Shown here piece after piece: positions 35,701-48,352 of a stretch of 64,000 nt of DNA. How positions within the stretch are numbered: the first letter of the stretch is position 1; the number at the start of each line of letters is the position of its first letter. Below the pieces are notes generated by a model that did not search any database, had not been told where the DNA came from, and saw nothing but the letters and a program-made list of their open reading frames with translations. A program made the translations under genes and the position numbers. The DNA lies in contig NC_083242.1 of NCBI RefSeq assembly GCF_032191835.1, positions 38,192,001 through 38,256,000 on the forward strand. Reading direction: 5' to 3'. The DNA comes from Heteronotia binoei. Lineage: Eukaryota.

Positions 35701-37199
35701 CGGGGGCGGGGGTTAGGAAAGAAAGAGGACAATAACATTTAGAGGTTCCAGAGCTCTGGCTGTAACCAAGGCCCAGAGGGCATCAGAACCCTCGGGAGGA
35801 CCCAAACAACTCCCTTGGCAATCCTGAGCCTGCCAGTTCAACAAGCCTCATTCAAGAACGGTTTGTGGCCTGCAGTGCCAAAGGTACCACAGTGACAAGC
35901 GGTTCCACACATGAATGTTCAGGTTTTAAATGGCCAGCAGGTCTCAACATGAGTTTGGACTCTGCTCAGCCTCTCTGCAGCTCCCTTTAGTGCACACATC
36001 GCTCTTCCTCCTGCGTCAAGAGGTGCTGAGAAGCCTAGCAGAGCCAGGGTTGATCTCTCCCCCTTTGGGGGTGGAGCCAGGAGACTTTGGGGGTGGAGCC
36101 AAGATCAAGCCTGTAACAAGCATAACTGAACTCCAAAGGGAGTTCTGGCCATCATATTTAAAGGGACAGCACACCTTTTCAATGCCTTCCTTCCATAGGA
36201 AATAATGAAGGATAGGGGCACCTATTTGGGGGCTCATAGAATTGGACCCCCTGGTCCAATCGTTTTGAAACTTGGGTGATATTTTGGGGAGAGGCACTAG
36301 ATGCTTTACTGAAAATTTGGTGCCTCTACCTCAACAAACAGCCCTCCCAGAGCCCCAGATACCCGTGGATCAATTCATTATTTTCTATGGGAATAAATCT
36401 CCATAGGGAATAATAGAGTTCCCAGCAGACATTTCCGCCCCCCCCACCGCTTTCTGATGACCCTGAAGCAGGGGGAGGGCCTCCAAACCGGGGGATCCCC
36501 TGCCCCCACCTGCGAATTGGCAACCCTAGGTTCTCTGGCATCACAACCCAAGGAATTCCCTCTCCAGGCATCTCTCAACACAACATTGGCAACCCATGAC
36601 AGGACAAGATAGGAATATTCCGTGATTATCCTTCTTGTCTTTCGGGGTGTGGGGGGGGGGGCTGAGAAGAGTCCATGCGCCAGCGCCCACCCCTGTCAGA
36701 GGGAAGGAGGGGGGCCAGATGCCCTCTTTTGGGGGGGGGTCCATCCAAAGCGGGTGCAGACAAAGTGAGGCCCTTTTTAAAAAATCTGATGAAAATGTTC
36801 TCTTTGAGGGCTGGAAGGTGAGAGATATTCCTCGTTAGTAGCGTAAATATGTGGGGCATTTAAAGTGAGATTTGCTGGAGCATCCCTGGTTTGAAGAGGT
36901 CAGCTGGGACTGGAAACACCTCCCTTTTTTGCAGTTCAAAGAATGGCGCGGGGTGTGTGTGTGTGTGTGTGTGTGTTCCATTTCCTTGGAGAGGCTTCAG
37001 CCCGGTCCTTTGTCATTCGAGGAAGCCTTTCCCAAATGCCACCCTCAAGGTCTCACCTGTCCAGAGGCGCCGCCGGGTTGGCGCTGGGACCGGGGTCCTC
37101 CAGCGTGGAGAAGGGGCCCCCTTGTGGCCAAGACCATGAGCTGCGGCTTTCGGTGCCCACTCCGGGCCTGGCCAGAATGCTGCTCGCTTTTGCGCGTCT

Positions 37200-38160
37200 G
37201 TGAACATAAGAACATAAGAGAAGCCCTGTTGGATCAGGCCAATGGCCCATCCAGCCCAACACTCTGTGTCACACAGGGGCCAATACACACACACACACAC
37301 ACTGTGGCTAATAGCCACTGATGGACCTCTGCTCCATATTTTTATCTAACCCCCTCTTGAAGCTGGCTATGCTGGTAGCCTCCACCACCTCCCGTGGCAG
37401 TGAATTCCACATGTTAATCACCCTTTGGGTGAAGAAGTACTTGCTTTTATCTATTTTAACCTGACTGCTCAGCAATTTCATCAAATGCCAGCGGGTCCTT
37501 GTATTGTGAGAAAGGGAGAAAAGGACTTCTTTCTCTACTTTCTCCATCCCATGCATTATCTTGTAAACCTCTATCATGTCACCCCGCAGTCGACGTTTCT
37601 CCAAGCTAGGAGCCCCAAGCGTTTTAACCTTTCTTCATAGGGAAAGTGTTACAACCCTTTAATCATTCTAGTTGCCCTTTTCTGGACTTTTTCTAATGCT
37701 ACAATACCCTTTTTGAGGTGCGGTGACCAGAATTGCACATAATATTCCAAATGAGACTGCACCATCGATTTATACAAGGGCATTATGGTACTGGCTGATT
37801 TGTTTTCAATTTCCTTCCTAATAATTCCCAGCATGGTGTTGGCCTTTTTTATTGCAATCGCACACTGTCTTGACATTTTCAGTGAGTTATCTACCACGAC
37901 CCCAAGATCTCTCTCTTGGTCAATCTCTGCCAGTTCACACCCCATCAACTTGTATTTGTAGCTGGGATTCTTGGCCCCAATGTGCATTACTTTGCACTTG
38001 GCCACATTGAACCTCATCTGCCACGTTGACACCCACTCAGCCAGCCTCAACAGATCCCTTTGGAGTGCCTCACAATCCTCTCTGGTTCTCACCACCCTGA
38101 ACAATTTAGTGTCATCTGCAAACCTGGCCACTTCACTGCTCACTCCCAACTCCAAATCAT
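37200..38160 (-). mobile_element. 5'-truncated CR1 LINE (RT end + 3' UTR), decayed
   Basis: FADDTKLF and HLEYYVQFWSP motifs, one nonsense codon and a frameshift; TTATGTTC tail repeats. Confidence 0.92.
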
Positions 38161-38161
38161 T

Positions 38162-41100
38162 TCTCTCTCTCGGCTTGACTTCGCGAATGAAGATTTAAGA
38201 AAGGTGCAGTAGTCCACGTCTGCTGCAGGCTCGCTGGTGGCTGACAAGACCAATGCAGGACAGGCAGGTCCGGCCACAGTGGCTGCAGGGAGAAGTCTGA
38301 TTTGGGGTTGGTGCTGTAGCAGTGCGATTCTTCCTCAATCTCCTTTTGTCCTCAAGACCAGCTATGCGTGTGTTCTCAAAGGAAGAGACAGCCTGGTGGA
38401 TGGTGTGCCTCCATGGTTTGCGATCTGAGGCTAGGTCAGACCACTGGTGATGGTTGATGCAACAGGTACCAAGGGATTTCTTCAAGGAGTCCTTGTACCT
38501 CTTCTTTGGTGCCCCTCTATTTCGATGGCCGGTGGAAAGTTCACCATACAGGGCAATCTTGGGAAGGCGGTGGTTTTCCATCCTGGAAATATGCCCTGCC
38601 CAGCGCAGCTGCGTCTTCAACAGCAGTGCCTCGATGCTTGTAACCTCCGCCCGCTTGAGGACTTCAGTGTTGGTCACAAAGTCACTCCAGTGGATGTTGA
38701 GGATGGTGCGAAGGCAGCGCTGATGAAAGCACTCAAGGAGTCGCAGGTGATGACGGTATAAAACCCACGATTCGGAGCCGTAGATGAGGGTTGTCATCAC
38801 AACCGCTTAGTAAACATTGATCTTTGTGCCTTTTTTCAGATGCTTGTTGCTCCACACTCTTTTATGCAGTCGGCCAAATGCACGGTTTGCCTTTGCCAGC
38901 CTATTGTCAATCTCCTTGTCGATCTTGGCATCTGAGGAGATGATGCACCCCAGGTAGCTGAACTGCTGGACTGTCTTCAAAACTGATTCACCCACAGTGA
39001 TGCAAGGAGGGTGATAATCTTCCTGGGGTGCAGGCTGGTGGAGAACTTCTGTCTTCTTCAGACTAACTTCTAGGCCGAATAGCTTGGCAGCCTCTGCAAA
39101 GCAGGACGTCATATGCTGCAGAGCTGATGCCGAGTGGGAGACGAGTGCAGCATCATCAGCAAACAGTAGCTCTCGGATGAGTTTTTCCATTGTCTTGGAG
39201 TGGGCCTTTAGTCGCCTCATGTTGAACAGGCTGCCATCGGTGCGATAGCGGATGTAGACACCATCGTCATCATCTAGATCTACTGTGGCTCTTTGAAGCA
39301 TCATGCTAAAGAAGATCGTAAAGAGAGCTGGCGCGAGAACGCAGCCTTGCTTTACACCTGTGCCTATTGGGAAGGGCTCCGAGAGGTCGTTGCAGTGTCT
39401 GACTTGGCCTCGCTGGTCTTCATGTAGCTGGATGATCATGCTGAGGAACCTTGGGGGACATCCTAAACGTTCCAAGATTTGCCACAGGCCTTTCCTGCTA
39501 ACGGTATCGAAAGCTTTGGTAAGGTCGACAAAAGTCACATACAGAGCCTTGTTTTGTTCCCTGCATTTCTCTTGGAGCTGCCTGAGAACAAATACCATGT
39601 CGGTGGTGCTCCTGTTAGCTCTGAAGCCGCACTGGCTCTCTGGGAGGAGTTCTTCTGCAATGGTGGGCACCAGTCTGTTCAGGAGTATTCTGGCAAGGAT
39701 TTTGCCTGCGATGGAGAGCAGGGTTATCCCCCGGTAGTTGGAGCAGTCTGACTTTTCCCCTTTGTTCTTGTATAGGGTGATGATGACTGCATCGCGAAAG
39801 TCCTGTGCTAATTTGCCTTGTTCCCAGCAGGTGACAAGTACTTTGTGAAGTGAGCTATGTAGTACTGTGCCCCCATGCTTCCAGATCTCTGGTGGAATTC
39901 CATCAACTCCTGCTGCCTTGCCATTTTTCAGTTGCTTGATGGCTTTAACAGTCTCTTCTAGGGTGGGGATCTCATCCAACTCTGTTTTCACTGGTTGAAG
40001 TGGGGTGAGGTGGATTGCTGAATCTTGAACTACGCGATTGGCACTGAAGAGAACCTGAAAATACTCCGACCACCAGTTCAGTATGGATGCCTTGTCTGTG
40101 AGGAGCACTTGGCCATCTGCACTACGCAAGGGACTCTGAGCCTGATATGATGGACCATATACTGCCTTCAGGGCTTCGTAGAACCCTCTTAAATCACCAG
40201 TGTCTGCACACAGCTGGGTTCTCTCTGCAAGCTTGGTCCACCACTCGTTCTGAATGTCTCGAAGCTTGCGCTGGAGGTTGCTACATGCAGCACGAAAGGT
40301 TGCTTTTTTCCCGGGACAGGAGGGCTGAGCAAGATGTGCTTGGTAGGCAGATCTCTTTTTTGCCAGTAATTCTTGGATCTCTTGATTGTTCTCGTCAAAC
40401 CAGTCCTTGTTCTTCCTTGTGGAGAACCCGAGGACTTCTTCAGAGGTCAACAGGATGGTAGTTTTTAGGTGTTCCCAGAGTGCTTCTGGAGAAGGATCTG
40501 TGGGGCAACTGGGGTCCTCAATTCTTGTCTGGAGTTTTGCCTGGAAGGCAGCTTTAACTTCGGCTGACTGAAGGCTGCCAACCTGAAACTTCCTCCGGGG
40601 GATACCGCCTCTCCTGGGTGTAGATTTAAAGTGAAGACGGAGATTGCAGCGTACAAGACAATGATCCGTATGACATTCTGCACTGGGCATTACTCGGGTG
40701 TGTAAGACATCTCGAAGGTCTCTCTGGCGCACCAGAATGTAGTCAATAAGGTGCCAATGCTTGGACCGTGGGTGCATCCAGGTTGTCTTCAGACTGTTCT
40801 TCTGCTGGAAGATAGTGTTGGTGATGGTGAGCTGATGCTCCGTGCAGAATTCTAGCAGGAGGCGCCCGTTATCATTGCAGTTGCCAATGCCGTGTTTTCC
40901 AAGTACTCCTTTCCAGACTTCCGAGTCTTTACCTACTCTGGCATTGAAGTCTCCAAGGATGATCACCTTGTCCTCTATAGGGGTCTTCCGTACGAGGTTG
41001 CGTAGATCAGCATAGAACTTGTTCTTTTCTGCAGGATCTGCTTGAAGGGTTGGGGCATACACACTGAAGAGTGTTGCATGCTGCTTGTTTTGAAGTGGGA

Positions 41101-42200
41101 GGCGCATGGACATGATGCGATCTGAGTGACCTGTTGGCAGGTTTCCGAGTTTAGAGGCAATGGAGTTCCTGACCATGAAGCCAACGCCAGAAAGGCGGCT
41201 CTCAGCCTTTGACTTACCTGACCAGTAGAGGGTATAGCCAGCACCGTGTTCTTGAAGACTACCTTCCTCAGGGAAACGGACCTCACTGAGAGCTGCTGTG
41301 TCGATATTCAACCTGAGAAGTTCGTGGGCAACTAGAGCAGAGCGTCGTTCAGGGCGACCACTGTCTACTGTGTCAAGCATGGTTCTGATGTTCCAACACG
41401 CAAGCTTTAGTCTTTGCACACTTTGTGAGGCAGGTGCATGCCTTTTCTTTGTTGTTATTTTTTGACCGCAAGTAAGAATGCCCGTTGACCGCGGCTAGCC
41501 AACGGGGGGGGGGGGGGGAGACGAGGTTTGTTTAGGCCACCTTTTCTAGGCCCCTCTCCATACGGAGCAAGCAGTGCTGTCCCTAAATAAGGCTGCTTGG
41601 TCGTTCAGGGTGCTGCCGAAAAATGCTTTCATCTCTGGGTCAGCATCAGGCGACCAATACCCTGAACCACCTACATGCAGGATCGGGACTGCGGCTTCCA
41701 GTGGCATCTTCCACCTGCCGTTTCGCCCCTTGCCCATCGCTGCAGGACTTGGTATGTTGTGGGTTGTGGATGTGGATATGCCCTTCAGGCCTGCGCAGAG
41801 GAATTTTTAGGTGAAGCGCAGTGTGCGCAGTACTGGCTCCACCCTTTCACCTTGGGGTCATCTGCCATGGCCCAGTAAGCCGGGACGCCGGCAGCGAGTC
41901 CTCCAGGTGGTAGGTGTTACATTAACGAGCTCTTTCTGCCCGGGTTTGATGTTAGAGTTTCCTTCTCTTGGCTGGCGAGGTTGGTGAGCCCAGCCTGCCC
42001 ATCCGGTTATACCGCCGGACATTCGGTCGCACCATGACGTGGCAAACTCTGTGAAAAACGGGGGGGACCAGCAAGAAGGTGTTGCCACGGATGCAGTAAT
42101 GTAGGAGAGGCCATTGCAGTGACCATCTGGCAGGCAAAGCCAGACAGTGACCACGCAGCGTTCACTACACCGGGAAAGGAGAGGCGATGTATTGCGCATA
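38162..42200 (-). mobile_element. Near full-length RTE-clade LINE (APE endonuclease, RT, C-terminal Cys/His motif) with one in-frame stop
   Basis: ORFs 38807-41419 and 38195-38800 are in the same frame, separated by TAA. Motifs WNIRT, GDFNARVG, LFADDAAL, CSHCGRTC..H...C; (GA)n tail; long CpG-rich 5' UTR. Not BovB-like at the N-terminus. 5' boundary approximate. Confidence 0.9.
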
Positions 42201-44647
42201 CACTTTCCCTGGGGGGGCAGGAAGTGTTCTCTAGGGAATCTGCTCACCTGTGCAAACACCTGGAGGCCTGGCAAGGTCGGGTCGGGGCGATGTGGCATTT
42301 TAAGGGAATGGCACAGGTGGACTTCTCCACAGGAACAAGAAGCAAGGCAGGTAAAGCGTCCTCTCAGAAGAGGACTGGGGTGGCCAGGGGGGTGGGAGGG
42401 CGGGGTTGCTAGCTTCAGGCTGGAAAACCAGGAGGTTTGACGCTGGGGTCTGGGGTCCAAGGCCATAGAGCCCACCCTCCAAAGCTCTCCAGGGAAAACT
42501 GTAACCTGGAGATGAGCTGCAATTCCAGGGGAGACCTCCAGGTCTCCCCTGGAGGGTGGCGCCCTTAGCAGAGGTGCAGATTTCATTTTTCCCAGCATGC
42601 CCCTCTTCCCTGGGGCTCCTTTTGCTCTAGAGAGTCTAGAATGTCAGGAAGGTTCTTGGGGCAAGAGATGCCTTCTTCTCCCCACCGGGCGAGGCCAGCG
42701 GAAGCCGGGGCCTCACGGGCTCCTCATCGACCAGGGCAGGCTGGCCAAAACCTGAGCAGGAATTGCCTCCAGTCTGTTTGCGTGGGCACGAGGGAGGATT
42801 TGCTGAACATGAGCAGGCTCGGTGCCCAGGAACAGTCCTTGGCCAGGGGGTAGTGGTGGGACCCGGAAAGAAGGAATGGAGCTATCCCAAACCGTCCCCC
42901 CACCCCCATCTTCTGGCACACCCCAGGCACAATTGTGTCTTTCATTACAGAAAGGTGACTTTCAAGGAGGTAGAAAAGCCCTGCCAGAAGAATCGCCACC
43001 TGCTGCAGGCTCCTCACCTGCGCCAGGTAAGGCTGGCTGTCAGCTTGGAGGGTGGGAAGGGTTGTGGGCAAAGCCAGAGCCTGGGACATCCGAAGGCTGA
43101 GCTGCCATAAAACCAGAGGGGAAGGAGGTCAGAGGTCGGAGGTCAGAGCAGGAGCAGGTCGCTCTCGAGAGACAGAAACACTCTCTCTCCTCTGCCCGCC
43201 TGTCCCTGCTCAATAGAGTTTGGTTCCTTTTTGTCCTGGGTCTTTCTTCCAGTCCTGCAGCTCACCTGCCAGATTGTAATCAGATTGGAAGGTGAAGGGT
43301 CCTGCTGGGTTATTGGGGGCTACGCATTGCCAAAGCACTCTGGAAAGGCTTGTCCCTGCCCCCTACCTTGAGCCTCCTGACAGGGCCATGTGGACCCTTG
43401 GCACTGCAGCCTGGCAGCTAGACTGCCGCAATGCACTCAACGTGGGCCTGCCTGCAAAGACGGCTTGGAGACGGCAGCTGGTGCAGAAGGGCGCAGCTGA
43501 TTTGCTCTCCGGGGCTGAGCAGAGGAAGCACCTCCATCTAGCTTGCAATCAGTTACCCATTAGGTTCCAGATGCAGTTCGAGGGACTGGTTGTGTCTTAC
43601 CAAGCCCGTCACGGCCCAGCGGTGCTCCTCTCCGCAACACCTCCAGCCCTGCCAAGGGGCGAGAGCAACAGCTGGCCACCCACAGGCGGGCTCTGTCCTC
43701 CTGCCCCCACCCCCTGGAGTGAGGTCAGCAAGGCTCCAATGCTCCTCACTCCATGGAAGGTGTAAAATGGAAACGTTCGGGGGGTATTTTTATAAAAGGA
43801 ATGGGGTTCTGGTTTCAGTTCTTTTGCGAGGGGGGGCGTAGCTAGAGAGCCAGTTTGGTGTCGTGGTTAAGAGGGGTGGACTCTAATCTGGGAGAAGCAC
43901 GTTTGATTCCCCCACTATTCCTCCTCCACATGCAGCCAGCTGGGTGACCTTGGGTCAGCCACAAATTCTCTCTGAGCTGTTCTCTCCAGAGCAGTTCTCT
44001 CAGAGCTCTCTCAGTCCCACCTCCCTCACTGGGTATCTCTTGTGGGGAGCAGAAGGGGTGAGACTCCAAGGGAAGAGCAGGGTATAAATCCAACCTCTTC
44101 TTCTTCTCCTTCTTCTAGCTTTCCTCCTGGTGCTGCACTGTTCACTGGATGTATGTCTTTATTTCCTTATTCTCTCATTGTATCACCCGGTTTTTCCTCT
44201 ACCTTATTGTATATACCAGACTGTGGGTGTATAAAGTGTCATCAAGTGGCCACTGATTTCTGCCCCCCCTCCCCCGTCCTGCACCCAGCAAGGGGTTTTC
44301 AAGGCAAGTGAGAGTGAGAAGAAGCCAAGGGGCTGGCCACAGCCTTCCAAGTATAGGCCCTGCTTCGCCTCCGAGAGCCAAGGGGATCGGGCTTCACCCT
44401 GCACGTTTGGTGCCATGGTTAAGACTGGTGGACTCTAATCTGGGAGAGCTGGGTTTGATTCCTACTCTTCCCCCTCCACATGCAGCCAGCTGGGTGACCT
44501 TGGCTCAGTCACAAATTCTCTCTGTGGTTCTCTCCAGAGCTTCCCTCCTGGCTATTCTTATACCATTTTATAACCGTCTGCCTTGAGTTTCCGGGAGGAA
44601 GGCAGCTGATGAGCAAAGTCAAACGGGGCGGACTTTCATTCCAAGCC

Positions 44648-45305
44648 AATAATAATAATAATAATAAATAATACCTTTTATTTATATCCCGCCCTCCCCG
44701 CCGAAGCAGGCTCAGGGCGGCTAACAACAAAGTTCAATATACATAGTACAAAAACAACATTTTAAACCATAATTAATTAAAAACTATTAAAATTCTGAAA
44801 CAGTAAAATTAAATTGTGCTATTATCTAGATGGCGAACTAATTAGCAGTTCTAGTCTGTGAAGGCCATTCGAAACAAAATAGTCTTGCAGGCCCTGCGGA
44901 ATTGCTCAAGGTCCCGCATTTCTTCTGGAAGTTGGTTCCATAACAGTGGAGCCATAACGGAGAAAGCCCGGTTACGGGTGCTTTGAAGTTTTACCTCTTT
45001 TGGCCCGGGGATAGTCAGCAGGTTCTTCCCTGCTGACCTCAGTGCTCTCTGGGGTTCATGTGGGGAGAGACGGTCCCTAAGGTAGGCAGGTCCTCGGCCA
45101 TATAGGGCTTTAAAGGTAATGACCAGCACTTTGTAACGAATCCGGTAAGTAACTGGCAGTCAGTGCAGTTCACGCAGTCCCGGCCGTATGTGCTCCCACT
45201 TTGGGAGCCCCAGCAGTAATCTAGCAGCCGCGTTCTGCACTAGCTGCAGCTTCCGGGTTTGGCACAGAGGCAGCCCCATGTAGAGGGCATTACAGTAATC
45301 TAGTC
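44648..45305 (-). mobile_element. L2-clade LINE 3' fragment, same family
   Basis: VLVITFKALYGRGPAYLRDRL peptide; (AAT)n tail. Confidence 0.85.
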
Positions 45306-45401
45306 TCGAGGCCCCTTTTCCTCCGCCAGAGGACTGGAGGGGGAGCGGGGAGAGTGATGGCCTGCCTGATTCCTTCTCTCTCTCTCTCGAGGATCGGGGC
45401 C

Positions 45402-45548
45402 ATGAAGTCTGTGCTGCTCTCGGCCTTGCTGTGTGTCGCTCACCTCCTGCTGGATCCTGCCCTCTCCTTGCGCATCAGTGCTTTCAACATCAGGACCTTT
45501 GGAGACAGCAAAATGTCCAATGAGACCATTGGCAACATCATTGTCCAA
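45402..45548 (+). CDS. DNASE1: DNASE1 coding exon 1 (22-aa signal peptide + LRISAFNIRTFGDSKMSNETIGNIIVQ)
   Basis: gccATGa start; resembles chicken DNase I LRISAFNIRTFGDSKMSN; N18 sequon; upstream acceptor at ~45391. Confidence 0.92.
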
Positions 45549-47207
45549 GTGAGTTGGCTTGGCTAGGGAAGAGGTGCTTGTGAATTATGGGGCTCCAAAG
45601 GGCTTCTGGGAAGGGTTTCCCAAAGGGACAGCTACAAGTGTCCTTCTGGTTAAAAAGTCATGAAACCCAAGAGGCAGGAATGAGGGAGGCTTCTGCATAC
45701 AAGATGAGAATGACCCTGTAAGACCCCAAAGGCTGGCAAAGCCTCCCCAAGCTGCTGGTCTGGAAACAAAAACGTCAGGCTTAGACAGAACGTTTTATCC
45801 ACTCCAAATCAAATGTATATGCTGCTCTGCCCTTTGTAAAGGAATTCTCAGATTCTAGTACAAGACTTCAGCCACTAGAGCCAGAGTGATTTCCCCCTCG
45901 CCTTAGAGAGGGAAGGTGGCTCAGTGGTAGAGCATCTGCTTGGTAAGCAGAAGGTCCCAGGTTCAATCCCCGGCATCTCCAAAAAAAGATGTGAAAAACC
46001 TCCGCTGGAGACCCTGGAGAGCTGTTGCCAGTCTGAGGAGACAAGACTGACTTTGATGGACCAAGGGTCTGATTCAGTATAGGCAGCTTCATATGTTCTG
46101 CCGCTCTCCTGCTCCTCTTCTCTGTGGAGATATGCCAAAAATATTGTGCAGAAAACAACTCTTAAATAGTTTGTACAAATTAAGTATATTCTGAAAAGCA
46201 TACAAAAGTTATCATACATTCATACATTCAAAACATTAAAGCCAAACAAAAGTCTCAAATACAATATTTCAAATTTCACAGAGTGGTCTTGGAAAATGAA
46301 CAGCAACACCGAGCCTGATGCAGCTTCACTCCTGTTCCACGATTTCAAGTGTAGATGGTAGAAAAAACGCCGGCACAAGACAGTAGTGAGGCCTTTTGCC
46401 CAGTGTAGAACCCCCTATGTCTCAACAGTACAGTTCCACAGGAGTCCCTCTGCTGCTTGCTGGCTTCCGAAGGAAAAATTATTGCCTTCACACAATCACC
46501 GGTTTTAATTGCGTTACGCTGCCCTTGCAGCTTCCTCATAAGCCAACTGAAAATATCCAGCCAAGGTCTCTCTCAAACGCCCATTTCAGGCAGAGAGTGT
46601 GAAATCCGACAGAAGCCCTGTGGAGAAGAGCAGCGTGAGAGCGGCAGAAGGCGAGGGGGGGCACTTTCAAGACTTGCGACAGGGAAGGAGCTTTCTCGAG
46701 TCGCTGCAGTCTCTTCTGCAGGCAAGGGCAGGAGGGGAGTCCCTCTGTCCTCGCCTCTTGGATCGGAAATTGCTCCACTTGCCAAGATAGAAGGACAGAC
46801 GAACTGACCTTCTTGTTGCATCTGAAGAAGTGACTGCTCCTGAAAGCTCCTCTCCTGCAGCCACAGATTTGGTGCTCCTAGACTGGCCCTTTTCTCCTGC
46901 TCCAGACAGTCTAACCTGGCCATCCACTTTGGCCTCCCTCTAGCCACTGCACCCCACTGGCCACTGCACCTCACTTCTAGCCCCCCTGCTTACAATCACT
47001 GCTCTTCCCGCACATGTGCGTGCGGCTGTGTCTGTCCACTGACTAAGGATGCACTTCCTACATGCCAGGAATGGGCTGCAGTCTGTCACCAAGGTTCCTG
47101 GCACAAGACGACTTCTTTAAGGCGCAACGAAGAGACTTGTCTTTCTTGTCCGCTGTTCCTCTTCTTCCGAGCTCACGAGGGTCCCTCTCTATTTGGTGCC
47201 CTTCCAG

Positions 47208-47296
47208 ATTGTGTCCGCCTACGACCTTGTCCTGATCCAGGAGGTCCGAGACGCAGATCTGAGTGCCGTCAAGAAGCTGATGAGCCTCCTCAACCG
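47208..47296 (+). CDS. DNASE1: DNASE1 exon 2 (IVSAYDLVLIQEVRDADLSAVKKLMSLLN)
   Basis: 89 nt; E39/R41. Confidence 0.92.
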
Positions 47297-47474
47297 GTGG
47301 GTGGGGCAGAGAGGTCCCGGGCCTGGTGTGGCAGCAAAGTGGGAGGGGCCGCAAGACCCTCTTTCTCCAGGAAGAGATGGGGGCTTGCCCCAGGGTGACC
47401 CCCTGCAAGGGCCTCTCCTTTGCTCCTCCCTTTTAAACACCTGTCTGCCCTGCGGCCTGCTCCTCCCTCCCTAG

Positions 47475-47558
47475 GGCATCAGCAGAGAGCTTCGGCTATG
47501 TGGTCAGCCCGCCCTTGGGACGGAACAGCTACAAGGAACAGTACCTCTTCGTTTACAG
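47475..47558 (+). CDS. DNASE1: DNASE1 exon 3 (ASAESFGYVVSPPLGRNSYKEQYLFVYR)
   Basis: 84 nt; GRNSYKE, E78. Confidence 0.92.
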
Positions 47559-48136
47559 GTGGGCAGCGGGAGCAGAAGGCCCCTTGGGGCTGGAGGGGGG
47601 CTCCTTCCATGCCCCTCCCTCCTCAGTGCAGGCTCTCTCCAGGGGCACAACGGACACGATGGCACTTGAAACTCAGCGTGTGCATTGGTGCAGCCCCCGC
47701 ACAGTCCCTGCTGCTTCCCTGGCCTTCCCAGCAGCCCCCTCCCATCTTCAGGCTTGGGTTGCCAACCTCCAGGTGGCACCTGGAGATCGCCCACTGTTAC
47801 AATGGATATCCAGGCGGCAGAGATCACGTCCCCTGAGAAAATGACAGCTATGGGAGAGTGGACTCGATGGCCTTGCACCGCGATGAGGCCCCTTGCCTCT
47901 CAAACTCCCCCCCTCCCCAGGCCCCATCACCCAAATTCCCAGGTCTTTCCCACCCCCTAGCTGGCGCCCCAGGAAAGGGACTTCTCCAGCCTCTCTGGGG
48001 CTTTCTATTGCCCCTGGGCCCACTCGGGCCTCTCCCTGGCTTCCCCCTCCCCCCCCCGTGATGCCAGTCTTCTGGCTGGGGTCAAAAAGACCGCAGAGGT
48101 GGCACCAAGTGGCCGTCGCCACTTCTGTCTGTGCAG

Positions 48137-48252
48137 GAAGGACCAGGTCTCCGTTGTGAACAGCTATTTGTACGACGACGGGTGTGAGCCCTGCGGCAAC
48201 GACACCTTCAGCAGGGAGCCTTTTGTTGTGAAGTTTGCAGCACCTCACTCTG
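48137..48252 (+). CDS. DNASE1: DNASE1 exon 4 ([38 protein letters not shown])
   Basis: 116 nt; diagnostic [10 protein letters not shown] loop (C101-C104, N106 sequon). Confidence 0.95.
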
Positions 48253-48352
48253 GTAAGGACTGCCCCTCCCCCTGGCACTTCTTGGCCTCCCCCGGAACCT
48301 GAGATGGTTTCTGGGATAGCCCAGGGGGTTCCCTCTCTCTCTTTTGGCACAG

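Noticed and set aside
41858-42598. 246-aa minus-strand ORF as a possible RTE ORF1
   Set aside because: Appears to start in flanking DNA, has no recognisable motifs, and RTE elements typically have a single ORF.
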